Source of the DNA: a virus
Lineage: Duplodnaviria; Caudoviricetes
Length of the DNA: 61,117 nucleotides
IMG/VR virus record: IMGVR_UViG_3300023084_000018
Span: 1 to 61,117 of that record
Direction: 5' to 3' (one strand)
A program made the translations under genes and the position numbers. A model generated the notes under the pieces. That model saw only the letters and a list, made by a program, of their open reading frames with translations. It was not told where the DNA came from and ran no database searches. This document shows positions 29,813 to 40,076 of this stretch, piece after piece. Every line of letters starts with the position of its first letter. Positions within the stretch are counted from its first letter, which is position 1.

Positions 29813-30730
29813 ATGGCTTATCAACAAGGTGATACAATTACCGCGAGTGACTATAACTCATTCATCGGTGATATCAACACAGTGATTGGTACAGGTTCAG
29901 GCGACAGTGGTTATGGCTTAACAGAGATTTCTACAGTGGCGGCAGGAGCAACAATCACAGCGGCACAATGGAATTCTTTGCTATCTGGTTTACAGACAGC
30001 GGCCAACCATCAAGGTTCAACTATTACCAATGCTTCAAACACAGTTTCAACAGGTGGTAACATATTACCATTATCAAATTTGGGAACTGATATTACAACA
30101 ATCAACACAAACAGATTAACTGCCGCAGGTGGTAACTTATCAACAGGCGTAGCAGGTGTTACTTCAACAAGAACAACTGCATGGACTGGCACAGTTACAC
30201 ACGCATTCACAGTTGCTTTTGCATCAGCAAACGCGGCTAGATACTTCTTCAACTCAGGTGGAAGAATTACAATGGCATTTTCAAGATCAGGTGGATCAAC
30301 AAACGATCAAAACACATCATGGACTAACCTACTTTCAGGTATTGGTTCTGTGAGCTTTGGTCCAAGTGATACTACAGCAACAGCTGGTGGTACTTCAATT
30401 GGTTTCTATGACTTAACAGGTTCAGCTCAAACGTTCCTTACAAGTGATGTAGGATCAGGTGTATATTCACTTAACGATCTAACAGGTACAGCAAGTTATG
30501 ACAGTGCAGGCACAATCACATTTACACTTAACTTTAATGATGACCATGCCGCTCAAACTGGTACATACACTGGTGGCGGTTTAGGTACTGCTCCAAATGA
30601 AGGCGGTGCTTGGACAGGTGCTGATTCAGTAGATGGTACTTTAACTTCAACTATTACATTTACAAAGGCAGATAATGCCTCTTATGTACAAGTTGCAAAC
30701 CCAACATTTACTACAACAACTGGTTTATAA
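29813..30730 (+). CDS. Virion structural/fibre protein
   Basis: Thr/Gly/Ser-rich; ITASDYN and ITAAQWN repeats, ARYFFNSGG. Confidence 0.7.
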   Translation: MAYQQGDTITASDYNSFIGDINTVIGTGSGDSGYGLTEISTVAAGATITAAQWNSLLSGLQTAANHQGSTITNASNTVSTGGNILPLSNLGTDITTINTNRLTAAGGNLSTGVAGVTSTRTTAWTGTVTHAFTVAFASANAARYFFNSGGRITMAFSRSGGSTNDQNTSWTNLLSGIGSVSFGPSDTTATAGGTSIGFYDLTGSAQTFLTSDVGSGVYSLNDLTGTASYDSAGTITFTLNFNDDHAAQTGTYTGGGLGTAPNEGGAWTGADSVDGTLTSTITFTKADNASYVQVANPTFTTTTGL

Positions 30731-30745
30731 TTTATAAATTAAGTA

Positions 30746-30799
30746 TTGACATTATAAAGCCCTTCAGTTATAATTAAATATAACAGAAGGGCTTTTTTT
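30746..30799 (+). promoter_or_regulatory. Composite element: consensus sigma70 promoter, TAAATA box and terminator-like hairpin
   Basis: TTGACA(30746)-17-TATAAT(30769); TAAATA(30775); hairpin AAAGCCCTTC-A-GTTATA/TATAAC-A-GAAGGGCTTT then T run. Confidence 0.85.
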
Positions 30800-31147
30800 A
30801 TGAGTAATGAAAAACTAGAAAATGCACTGTCTTTTGCAAACTATAGACAAACACTGTCAAATCAAAAAGCAAAACTGCAAGACCAGTGTGAAGCACAATT
30901 AAACTTTGCCTACAATGGTGGGTTATTTTACATTAACGAATCGTTAATTTCATTTGTGAATTCATTTATTACTGATGGTAAAGAATCAATGTGTGTACTT
31001 GATTCAAACAAAACACCTATTGAAATCACAGATTTAAAAGATTTTCAAACAAAACTGCACTCAAGATATTTTGAATCAGTAAATGAATATTTTAGAAGTT
31101 ATCAAGAACTTGCACAAAAAAGAAAAGTAAAAGCATTGGTTGAATAA
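30800..31147 (+). CDS. Hypothetical protein
   Basis: 115-aa ORF directly after the promoter; first gene of a tightly coupled operon. Confidence 0.75.
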   Translation: MSNEKLENALSFANYRQTLSNQKAKLQDQCEAQLNFAYNGGLFYINESLISFVNSFITDGKESMCVLDSNKTPIEITDLKDFQTKLHSRYFESVNEYFRSYQELAQKRKVKALVE

Positions 31148-31148
31148 C

Positions 31149-32036
31149 ATGTCACGTGGAATATTACTATTCGCACACAACAACAGACACATAGACTATG
31201 GCAAAATTGCTTTGGCAAATGCTTGTTTGATTAAAAGTAATATGAAAAACAATCATATCACATTAATCACAGACACAGGCACAAAAGAATGGTTGTACAA
31301 AAGTTATCCAGAAGAAACAGTTTCTAAAATTATTGATAACATTGTAGTTGTCAAAAGAAGATTGGTTAAAAATAACAAAAGATATTCAGACACAAGATAC
31401 AGCAATGTCATTGAAACGTTTTACAATATCAATCGTCATGAATGTTATCACTTGACACCCTACGATGAAACACTAGTAATTGACGTTGACTATTTAATTT
31501 GTAATAATTTGTTAGATCAATGTTGGGATTTAAATTACGATTTACAAATCAATTCAACGTCTAAAGATATTTTATCAACTAGATCATATGATGAATTCAA
31601 ATATATTTCTGACCAAGGACCAATTTTTCATTGGGCTACTGCTTTCTTTTTTAGAAAAAGTAAAGAAACTGAATTGTTTTTTGATATAGTAACAGATGTA
31701 AAACTCAACTGGGACTACTATAGATTGGTTTACAATATTGAGTATCCTACGTTTAGAAATGACTTTGCTTTTTCAATAGCAGTACATTTGTTCAATGGTA
31801 AAACAGCAAATAAATTTATATCAAAATTACCAATACCATTTTTACAACATTCACACAGTATAGATGATTTGATTGATATACCAGAGAAAAACAGTTTTAA
31901 ATTATTATTAGATAAACCAGATCAACCTGGTACATATTTGGCTTGTAAAATGAAAAACACTAATGTACATATAATGAATAAATTTGCTCTCAATAGATTA
32001 GCAGATAAAATAATAGAGGTAAACAATGTCATCTAA
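31149..32036 (+). CDS. GT-A fold (GT8/GT71-like) glycosyltransferase
   Basis: TPYDETLVIDVDYL (DxD), RNDFAF; paralog of the next gene. Start moved to ATG 31149. Confidence 0.65.
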   Translation: MSRGILLFAHNNRHIDYGKIALANACLIKSNMKNNHITLITDTGTKEWLYKSYPEETVSKIIDNIVVVKRRLVKNNKRYSDTRYSNVIETFYNINRHECYHLTPYDETLVIDVDYLICNNLLDQCWDLNYDLQINSTSKDILSTRSYDEFKYISDQGPIFHWATAFFFRKSKETELFFDIVTDVKLNWDYYRLVYNIEYPTFRNDFAFSIAVHLFNGKTANKFISKLPIPFLQHSHSIDDLIDIPEKNSFKLLLDKPDQPGTYLACKMKNTNVHIMNKFALNRLADKIIEVNNVI

Positions 32037-32880
32037 AGGATACCTAGCAATAGTACAAAACGGTAATCATGACTATGTGCGAATGGCATACGCACTGGCT
32101 ATGAGTATTGCACAAAGTCAAAAAACTGTGAGAAAGTTATCTATTGCTGTTGACAAAGACACTGTAATACCAGAAAAATATAAAATTGTTTTTGATAACA
32201 TTATAGATATCCCATGGGAAGATGATGCCAAATTAGAAACTTGGAAAGTACATAACAAATGGAAGTATTATTATTTTACACCATATGATGACACTGTGAT
32301 TTTAGATGCTGACATGTTGTTTACTAAAGATGTTGGACACTGGTGGGACAAAATTTGTCAAAACGATTTAACTGCACCAGGTGGTGTTTACACTTATAGA
32401 GGTGAACTAATACAAGATTTACATTATCGTAGAACTTTTTTAGCAAATCAATTACCAAATATATACACAGCATTTTTTCATTTTAAACGAGGAAGTTCAT
32501 TAACTGAAGAATTTTTCAAACTGGTAGAATACATTTTTAGAAATTACAACATGTTCAAAGAAGATTTTTTAAACCCACCAAGACAGAACTGGGTCAGTGC
32601 TGATGTTATATATGCACTGGCTATTAAAATTTTAGGAATTGAAAATGAAGTTATCAATAAAAATTTACAGTACCCAACTTTTGTACACATGAAAACCAAA
32701 TTACAAAACTGGAATAAAAGTTACTCAGAAGAGTGGAACAAACACATAGGTTGTTTTTTTAGCAAAGACTGTGAACTTACTATTGGTAATTACACACAAA
32801 CTTTACCATTTCATTATCACACAAAAAGTTTTTTAACTGACGAAATGATTGTAAAATTGGAGAAGAAACTTGGAATATAG
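32026..32880 (+). CDS. GT-A fold (GT8/GT71-like) glycosyltransferase
   Basis: NKWKYYYFTPYDDTVILDADMLF (DxD), FVHMK, FHYH. Confidence 0.72.
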   Translation: MSSKGYLAIVQNGNHDYVRMAYALAMSIAQSQKTVRKLSIAVDKDTVIPEKYKIVFDNIIDIPWEDDAKLETWKVHNKWKYYYFTPYDDTVILDADMLFTKDVGHWWDKICQNDLTAPGGVYTYRGELIQDLHYRRTFLANQLPNIYTAFFHFKRGSSLTEEFFKLVEYIFRNYNMFKEDFLNPPRQNWVSADVIYALAIKILGIENEVINKNLQYPTFVHMKTKLQNWNKSYSEEWNKHIGCFFSKDCELTIGNYTQTLPFHYHTKSFLTDEMIVKLEKKLGI

Positions 32881-33457
32881 ATACATAGTTTTTGATTTTG
32901 AATCTAGAGATATCAAAGGTATTATGAGAAACAAACCTGATATATCTGAACATTATATTGAAATTGAATATGAAAAAATAGTAGATTTCATTGAAGGAAA
33001 ATTAAGCACAGCAGATTTTTACATTGATAGAACTGAAAGTGGTACATTTCATTTGGCAAGGAAAAGAATTAATATGCTGGTTAATTCAATTGACGAACGA
33101 TTGTATAAAATTCCAAAAAATGTACAAAATCCAGACTTGCTAGTTGAAAATAACAAAAAACAAAGTCAACTCACTATTAAATTAAACAGTGCATTTCGTT
33201 CTTATTTGTTAGAAAAACACGGAATCAAAGATGACACACAATTTGCGAACTTAAATATACAAGGTACTGCACATTTAGATTTTTTGTTGTGTTATGACAA
33301 TGATCCTCACAATAGAATATTATTTGTAGCATTACCAATAGTAGAACTGTTGAAAAATAAAGAAATGATTATAAATTACTCAACAAACAACAAAGAAAAT
33401 CATTGTGTTTTAACTAGAAGAGTATATAATGATTACTGCTACAAAGAAATAGAATAA
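32870..33457 (+). CDS. Hypothetical protein
   Basis: 195-aa ORF (TTG start) overlapping both neighbours in the operon. Confidence 0.65.
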   Translation: MEYRYIVFDFESRDIKGIMRNKPDISEHYIEIEYEKIVDFIEGKLSTADFYIDRTESGTFHLARKRINMLVNSIDERLYKIPKNVQNPDLLVENNKKQSQLTIKLNSAFRSYLLEKHGIKDDTQFANLNIQGTAHLDFLLCYDNDPHNRILFVALPIVELLKNKEMIINYSTNNKENHCVLTRRVYNDYCYKEIE

Positions 33458-33657
33458 TGTTAAAAGAAAAAATTAACGATAGAATGAATGCATTACAGCA
33501 CTGGATGGAAACAAATTATCATTTGAAAAATCCAGATGAAGTGTATAATTTAACAACACAGATCAGCAAGTTTTGGTCAGTGTTGTCTGAAGAAGATAAA
33601 GACTATGTTCAAGCGGCACAATATGCCATTGAAGAAAAACATGAGTGGAAAATATGA
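33457..33657 (+). CDS. Hypothetical protein
   Basis: 66 aa, TAATG and ATGA coupled on both sides. Confidence 0.7.
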   Translation: MLKEKINDRMNALQHWMETNYHLKNPDEVYNLTTQISKFWSVLSEEDKDYVQAAQYAIEEKHEWKI

Positions 33658-34649
33658 GTAACAAAATAATAGACGTAACAGATATAGACATTTTTTATAT
33701 TAGTTTTGACGAACCTAACATGGAAGAAAATTGGGCCAATTTGAAAAATATATGTCCATGGGCCAAACGAACACACGGAGTATTTGGTTCTGATGCGGCA
33801 CACAAAGCCTGTGCTTCTGCTTCTGAAACAGAAAGATTTATCAGTGTTGATGGTGACAATATTGTTAATCCTAAATTTTTTGAAACTGTGATTGATTTTT
33901 CTCAAGCAGATGTTGATTTAGAAACATCGGTAATCAGTTGGAGTGGTATCAACAGTATTAATGGTTTGATATATGGCAACGGTGGAATCAAATGCTGGCC
34001 TGTGCAATATGTGTTAGATATGAAAACACATGAAATTGCAGAAGACGAAGGATCGCAAGTTGACTTTTGTTGGGATTTAAATTACATACAATTCAATGAA
34101 GCATTCAGTCATGTTATGAACAATGCAACACCTTATCAGGCTTACAGAGCAGGATTTAGAGAAGGTGTTAAAATGAGTTTAGACAGAGGCTACAAAGTTG
34201 ATCCAGATAACTTTGAACACAGTTTACACGATAAAAATTTTCATAGATTGCTAGTGTGGAGTAACATTGGTAGAGATGTTGAAAATGGTTTATGGGCCAT
34301 GTATGGTACTAGACTTGGTTGTTATCTAACAAATTTAGATCCAAATTTTAATCATGTTAATGTTAGAGATTTTAATTGGCACACTGAATACTTTGAAAAT
34401 GAAGTGATGCCAAAGTTTGTTGGTGATACCAATTACTGTGTTAAATCAAATTATAAATGGGACGAAAATAAATTACTTGATGCAACAATTGATTTAGGAA
34501 ATACCTTAAGAAAAAAACTTAACATACCTATAACAGAACTTGATGAGACCGGTAGTAGGTTCTTTAAAAAAGTTTATCATAATCCACCAAGAAGCAATTT
34601 AGTTACTGAGCATGATGCAGAAGGTAGAATAATATACAAAACAATATGA
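33654..34649 (+). CDS. Glycosyltransferase-like protein (GT-A, DxD)
   Basis: IFYISFDE, AAHKACA...FISVDGDN, YGNGGIK, AYRAGFRE. Start moved to ATG 33654 (ATGA overlap). Confidence 0.6.
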   Translation: MSNKIIDVTDIDIFYISFDEPNMEENWANLKNICPWAKRTHGVFGSDAAHKACASASETERFISVDGDNIVNPKFFETVIDFSQADVDLETSVISWSGINSINGLIYGNGGIKCWPVQYVLDMKTHEIAEDEGSQVDFCWDLNYIQFNEAFSHVMNNATPYQAYRAGFREGVKMSLDRGYKVDPDNFEHSLHDKNFHRLLVWSNIGRDVENGLWAMYGTRLGCYLTNLDPNFNHVNVRDFNWHTEYFENEVMPKFVGDTNYCVKSNYKWDENKLLDATIDLGNTLRKKLNIPITELDETGSRFFKKVYHNPPRSNLVTEHDAEGRIIYKTI

Positions 34650-35122
34650 CAAAAAACAAAACAATAGATTTGCTGTTAGGGTCTGATCACAGAGGTTTAG
34701 AAATGAAACATAAACTGTTAGATTGGGTTTGTCCTGACAACGCAGATACAACTAAATTTGACATAGCAGTGATACAAAATTTAAAACCTCATGAATCTGG
34801 ACAATCAGTTGACTATCCAGATGTGGTAAAAGAGTTTGGTAAAAGTTTTGATATACATGATTATGGTATATTGGTTTGTGGCTCTGGCTACGGTGTTAGT
34901 ATTGCGGCAAATCGTTTTAAAAATATCAGAGCTGTGGTTTGTAGAACAGCCAAAGAAGCAGAAATGTCTCGTAAGCATAATGATGCAAATGTGTTATGTT
35001 TAGGAGCAGACTTTACGACAATGAGTCAAGCAAAAAAAATTGTGAAAGCATTTTTTACAACAGAATTTGAAGGCGGTAGACACAAACGTAGAGTTAAAAA
35101 ATTAGAAAGAGTAGGAGAATAA
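34646..35122 (+). CDS. rpiB: Ribose-5-phosphate isomerase B (RpiB/LacAB family)
   Basis: GSDHRG, DYPD, CGSGYGVSIAANR, HNDANVLCLG, FEGGRHKRR. Confidence 0.93.
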   Translation: MTKNKTIDLLLGSDHRGLEMKHKLLDWVCPDNADTTKFDIAVIQNLKPHESGQSVDYPDVVKEFGKSFDIHDYGILVCGSGYGVSIAANRFKNIRAVVCRTAKEAEMSRKHNDANVLCLGADFTTMSQAKKIVKAFFTTEFEGGRHKRRVKKLERVGE

Positions 35123-35124
35123 AC

Positions 35125-35637
35125 ATGGCAGATAATTTTAAAAAATGTTTAGAAATCATTTTACATCATGAAGGTGGTTATGTAAATCATCCCAAAGACC
35201 CAGGTGGCGAAACTAATTTAGGTGTTACCAAAAGAGTGTACGAAGAATTTGGTGGTAAAAAAGATATGAAAGATTTAACAGTTGAAGATGTTGCACCAAT
35301 ATACAAAAAAGGTTATTGGGATAAACTAAAAGGTGATGATTTACCTGGAGGTTTGGATTTATGTATATTTGATTTTGGTGTAAATGCAGGACCTGGAAGA
35401 GCGGCAAAATATTTGCAAACAATGATTGGTACTACACCAGATGGTGGTATTGGTCCCATGACTTTACAAGCACTTGCAAACTATGTAGAAGAGCAAGGTG
35501 GTGTTGATGAAGCAATTAAAGACTATCAAAAAGAAAGACAAAAGTATTACGAAAGTTTAAGTACATTTTCTACATTTGGAAAAGGGTGGACTCGCAGAGT
35601 TAACGAAACTACAGAAACTGCTCTTAAAATGATTTAA
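35125..35637 (+). CDS. Glycoside hydrolase family 108 lysozyme with peptidoglycan-binding domain (endolysin)
   Basis: HEGGYVNHPKDPGGETNLGVT, FDFGVNAG, FGKGWTRRV. Confidence 0.92.
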   Translation: MADNFKKCLEIILHHEGGYVNHPKDPGGETNLGVTKRVYEEFGGKKDMKDLTVEDVAPIYKKGYWDKLKGDDLPGGLDLCIFDFGVNAGPGRAAKYLQTMIGTTPDGGIGPMTLQALANYVEEQGGVDEAIKDYQKERQKYYESLSTFSTFGKGWTRRVNETTETALKMI

Positions 35638-37031
35638 TGACAGATGAAGTTGAAAAAATTAAAAAAACTAGAGATCAGTTAAACGCTGTATCTCCTTCTT
35701 TTTGTTTGGCCAAATGGTATCAGTCAACATTACATTTACAGTACGGACATACACACAGTTGTCATCACCCAAGAACACACAACGTACCACTTGAAGAATT
35801 AAAAACAAATCCCAGTGCATTACACAATACAGAATTTAAAAAATCACAACGTAAGTTAATGTTGCAAGGTACAAGACCCAAAGAATGTCAGTATTGCTGG
35901 AATGTTGAAGACTTAGGAGATCAACATTACAGTGATCGTAGCAGTAAGTCACATGAGCCATGGGCATTACCACATTTAGAATCTACTGCAAAAATGTCAG
36001 GAGATGAAAATGTAAATCCTACATATCTTGAAGTGAGTTTTTCTAATGTGTGTAATTTTAAATGTTCGTATTGTTCACCAGCATATAGCAGTGCTTGGAT
36101 GACTGAAATAGAAATGCAAGGTGCATATCCAACTAGCGATCAATTTAATAATTTAAGTTGGTTAAAAATGGAAAACAAAATTCCTATACCACACAGAGAA
36201 CATAATCCTTATGTGGAAGCATTTTGGAAATGGTGGCCAGACTTATATAAAAGTTTAAAAGTTTTTAGAATTACAGGTGGCGAACCTTTAATGAGCAAAG
36301 ACACTTTCAAGGTTTTAGATTATATCAATGACAATCCAAATCCCAATTTAGAACTAGCAATTAATTCTAACGGTTGTGTAACTGACAAACTATTTGATCA
36401 ATACATTGAAAAAATGAAACGTATTACACAAGATGGAAAGATTGGATTGACTAGATTGTATACCAGTGTTGATACTTATGGAGAACAAGCAGAATATATC
36501 AGAGACGGATTAAATTTTAATCAATGGTATGATAATATTTGTAGAGTCTTGGAAGAACTACCATTAACTAAAGTCACTGTTATGTGTACTACAGGATTAT
36601 TGAGTTTACCAAAATTATACAAACTGTTAGAACTAATAGCGCCATTAAAAACACAATTTTACAGCAACGAAAGACGTGTACCAATTACAATTGACACTGC
36701 TATTCTAAGACACCCTAGTTATTTGAGTGGTGTTGTGGGGTCAAGCAACAATGCTCGTATGCTTGATAAAGCATTAGATGTAATGAATGCAAATGCAGAA
36801 ACTCATACAAATGCATATAAAGGCTTTTTTGACTTTGAAATTGCCAAACTGAAAAGATTTCAAGACTATGTTGTTGCAGGTCCAAATCCAGGAGAAAGGT
36901 TAAATATACAACAAGTAAGAAAAGATTTTGTTAGATTTATTGACGAATATGATCGTAGACGCAATAAAAACTTTAGTAAAACTTTTCCTGAATTTGAAGA
37001 GTTTTACAAAGAACAAAAATTTTTAATTTAA
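35637..37031 (+). CDS. Radical SAM protein with N-terminal twitch-type domain (RS1)
   Basis: FCLAKW...SCHHP...CQYC; CNFKCSYC; TGGEP. Confidence 0.9.
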   Translation: MTDEVEKIKKTRDQLNAVSPSFCLAKWYQSTLHLQYGHTHSCHHPRTHNVPLEELKTNPSALHNTEFKKSQRKLMLQGTRPKECQYCWNVEDLGDQHYSDRSSKSHEPWALPHLESTAKMSGDENVNPTYLEVSFSNVCNFKCSYCSPAYSSAWMTEIEMQGAYPTSDQFNNLSWLKMENKIPIPHREHNPYVEAFWKWWPDLYKSLKVFRITGGEPLMSKDTFKVLDYINDNPNPNLELAINSNGCVTDKLFDQYIEKMKRITQDGKIGLTRLYTSVDTYGEQAEYIRDGLNFNQWYDNICRVLEELPLTKVTVMCTTGLLSLPKLYKLLELIAPLKTQFYSNERRVPITIDTAILRHPSYLSGVVGSSNNARMLDKALDVMNANAETHTNAYKGFFDFEIAKLKRFQDYVVAGPNPGERLNIQQVRKDFVRFIDEYDRRRNKNFSKTFPEFEEFYKEQKFLI

Positions 37032-37042
37032 AGGTTTAACAA

Positions 37043-38890
37043 ATGAGAGCACTGCTGATACCAAACACAAAAGTAATATCAAAAGAACAGTTGATTGCTG
37101 AACTAATTGCAGACGGTGTCACTATCATTGATGACACAATCCCAGAAGTAATCAGAGTTGAAATGACAGGAAGACCACAGTTTGACACATGGTTAACTTC
37201 AGGAAAACTTGCAGGTGCTAACAGTGAAGATTATGAAAATAAATTGAGATTTCAAACAGATGCTTCAACTACAATAAATCCAGACACAACATCAACTGTA
37301 AGTACTGCACATCACAATTGGGGACTTGCGGCTATGACACAAGACAGTACAACGCTGTCAACAACATTTACATACAATCAAACAGGTGCAAATGTTGATG
37401 TGGTAATTATGGACACAGGTATTGTAGTTGGTCACCCAGAATTTAATGACTTGTCATCAAACACAACATCAAGAATAAATCAAATTTCATGGGGTGGAAC
37501 ACAAGGCGTAAGTTTTTACACAGATCCAGATGGTCACGGAACTCACTGTGCAGGTATCTCTGCAGGTAGAACACAGGGCTGGGCCAGAGATGCACAGATA
37601 TATTCATTTACAACAAACTTAGGTGGGTTGTCACATGGATATAATGCATCATCAATGGGTTATATAACTGCATGGCACAATTCAAAAGGCACAGGCAGAC
37701 CCACAGTGGTAAACATGAGTTGGGCAATAGCAACATACTTTCCACCTAATCATCCAGATCACTTTTTCTCAACAGTGGCATGGGATCCCAACAATGCTGA
37801 ATGGCATATGACAAGATCAAGTTCATATGACACGCTGGTTCAAAACATGGTCAATGCAGGTATAGTTGTTGTGTGTTCAGCGGGCAATGACAATGACAGA
37901 ATTTATGACACAACAGAAGCTGGCTGGAATTCAGGATACTGGTATTTCTTTGATGCAAACAATGACATGGGATACGGTATCAATGAAAAAATTTACAAAG
38001 AAGATGCATCAGCACATGATCCTGCTATACATGGAACAAACCCAAGAGCAGGAACACCAGGTGCTCCTCCAGGAGGCAGTTACGGAAACACAGTTTATTT
38101 TCAAGCAACTAATAATGGACAATCTCCAGGTAATGCTTGGTTAGATCCAACAACTGCAACAAGGTATGATATCAGTGTTCAGGCTTGTGATAATTTAAAA
38201 AACAAAGCAAGTTATTCAAACTACGGAACACCAAACATAACTTGGGCTCCGGGTAATTACATTATGAGTTCTTATATCAACAAAGGTTCAGCACAGCAGT
38301 TGGCTTCAACTGGTTATTATTATAATAAATTAAATGGAACATCAATGGCATCACCACAAATTGCTGGATTGATTGCTTGTTATCTAGATACAGATTCATC
38401 AACATTTGGTGCTGTAACAACATCAGCAAATCAGCAGTCTGCACAAAACTTTATTCAAACCAATGACAGAGACAACGACATAGTTGATTGGGGAGATGGT
38501 TTAACAAATTTACACAGAGCATATCAGCCATATCAAGATTACACAAAAACTTGGACAACAAGTGCAGGATCAATAGGCAGTGTAAATGAAAGCACTCCTG
38601 CTAGTTTTGATCTTTCATCAGCATTTACAAATGCGGCCAATGAATCACTACACACAGTAACACATTCAATACAGAGTGGATCAATACCAGCAAGTTTCAC
38701 ATTAGATAGTAATGGTACATTGTCTGGCACACCATCATCTTCAGAAGGTGGACAAACTTACAACTTTACAGTGAGAGCTGACAATGGATTTGATAATGAA
38801 GATCGTGCTTTTAGTTTAACTATCAATGACACATCATCACAAGTGAAAATGTCTGGTGGTGTTAAAATGAGAGGGTTAAGGTTTAGATAA
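37043..38890 (+). CDS. Subtilisin-like S8 serine protease with C-terminal Ig-like domain
   Basis: Triad VVIMDTGI / GHGTHCAG / NGTSMASP, oxyanion SAGN; SGSIPASFTLDSNGTLSGTP. Confidence 0.92.
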   Translation: MRALLIPNTKVISKEQLIAELIADGVTIIDDTIPEVIRVEMTGRPQFDTWLTSGKLAGANSEDYENKLRFQTDASTTINPDTTSTVSTAHHNWGLAAMTQDSTTLSTTFTYNQTGANVDVVIMDTGIVVGHPEFNDLSSNTTSRINQISWGGTQGVSFYTDPDGHGTHCAGISAGRTQGWARDAQIYSFTTNLGGLSHGYNASSMGYITAWHNSKGTGRPTVVNMSWAIATYFPPNHPDHFFSTVAWDPNNAEWHMTRSSSYDTLVQNMVNAGIVVVCSAGNDNDRIYDTTEAGWNSGYWYFFDANNDMGYGINEKIYKEDASAHDPAIHGTNPRAGTPGAPPGGSYGNTVYFQATNNGQSPGNAWLDPTTATRYDISVQACDNLKNKASYSNYGTPNITWAPGNYIMSSYINKGSAQQLASTGYYYNKLNGTSMASPQIAGLIACYLDTDSSTFGAVTTSANQQSAQNFIQTNDRDNDIVDWGDGLTNLHRAYQPYQDYTKTWTTSAGSIGSVNESTPASFDLSSAFTNAANESLHTVTHSIQSGSIPASFTLDSNGTLSGTPSSSEGGQTYNFTVRADNGFDNEDRAFSLTINDTSSQVKMSGGVKMRGLRFR

Positions 38891-40068
38891 TGGTAAATCT
38901 TACAGCAAAAGGAGTAATTGTAAGCGGTGGTGCTAAATTGATCAACACTACAGATTCCAGTGCACCAACATACGCAATCACAGAAGATTCATCCACAGTA
39001 ACAGAAGGCAATTCAGTTTCATTCACAGTGGCCACAACCAATGTGGCTGACTCTACCACACTGTATTGGACAGTGGCAAACTATCCACCAAGAGAAGATG
39101 CAGACTTTACAGCAACTAGTGGCAGTTTCACAGTCAACAGCAACAGTGGCAGTTTCAGTGTTGCTATTGCAACAGATGGTGACACAGAAGGCAATGAAAC
39201 ATTTAGAGTTTATGTGAGAACAGGATCAATCACAGGACCAGTGATGGCAACAAGTGCCACAGTTACTATCAATGATGGCGCTAGTTGGGATCCAAGCACA
39301 TCCATAACAGCAGTTGCTTGGATAGATGCCAGTGACAGTGCTAACTATACCACAAGTGGTTCAACATTAACGGCTGTTACCGACAAAGCAGGCACTTACA
39401 CAATGTCAGTGGGTGGAACACCAACTGTGGGCAGTACCCAGAACGGGTTGAATGTGTTTGACTTTAACGGCAGTGCTGAATACCTGCAAAGCACAAGTTA
39501 TCTAGCACAAGCCAGCGGTGGCAATCACTGGGCAATTGGTGTGTTTAGATTTGAAGGCACAAACAGTACGCAAGATAGTTTGTGGAGTTATGAAACAAAC
39601 CAATCACCAAAAAGAGATTATGCTATAAGTTCTGGAGCCAGCAACAACACCTGGCCTGGAGAACTAGACCTAGATGGGTTGAGTTCTAACAGAATTAGTA
39701 CTACAATTGGTAACCTAGAGATATGGAATTCAAAAAGTTTAACACAAAACACGTATCATATAGTTGCTTGTTTCTTTAACAAGACAGGCAATCAGATTGG
39801 TGTTAGGGTAGATGGGTCAAATGCATTTACGCCAGTAAATGATTATACTAACTCAATATCAACAAACCAAGAGTTACGTTTAATGAGAAACAGATCATCA
39901 CAGGAACTGGATGGCAAACTGGCAGAGTTCTTTGCTGTGGCAAACATTCCAGGCACAGGCGGCACTGACATATCAGAGTTAGAAAAAGCAGAAGGCTACC
40001 TAGCCCACAAGTGGGGGCTGACCGGCGGTTTACCTGTAAGTCACCCATACAAGAATTCAGCACCATAA
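38890..40068 (+). CDS. Virion-associated adhesin-like protein (Calx-beta-like plus LamG/ConA-like domain)
   Basis: VTEGNSVSFTV...DGDTEGNETF...VTIND; WIDASD...EKAEGYLAHKWGL. Confidence 0.7.
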   Translation: MVNLTAKGVIVSGGAKLINTTDSSAPTYAITEDSSTVTEGNSVSFTVATTNVADSTTLYWTVANYPPREDADFTATSGSFTVNSNSGSFSVAIATDGDTEGNETFRVYVRTGSITGPVMATSATVTINDGASWDPSTSITAVAWIDASDSANYTTSGSTLTAVTDKAGTYTMSVGGTPTVGSTQNGLNVFDFNGSAEYLQSTSYLAQASGGNHWAIGVFRFEGTNSTQDSLWSYETNQSPKRDYAISSGASNNTWPGELDLDGLSSNRISTTIGNLEIWNSKSLTQNTYHIVACFFNKTGNQIGVRVDGSNAFTPVNDYTNSISTNQELRLMRNRSSQELDGKLAEFFAVANIPGTGGTDISELEKAEGYLAHKWGLTGGLPVSHPYKNSAP

Positions 40069-40076
40069 GGAGGCAA

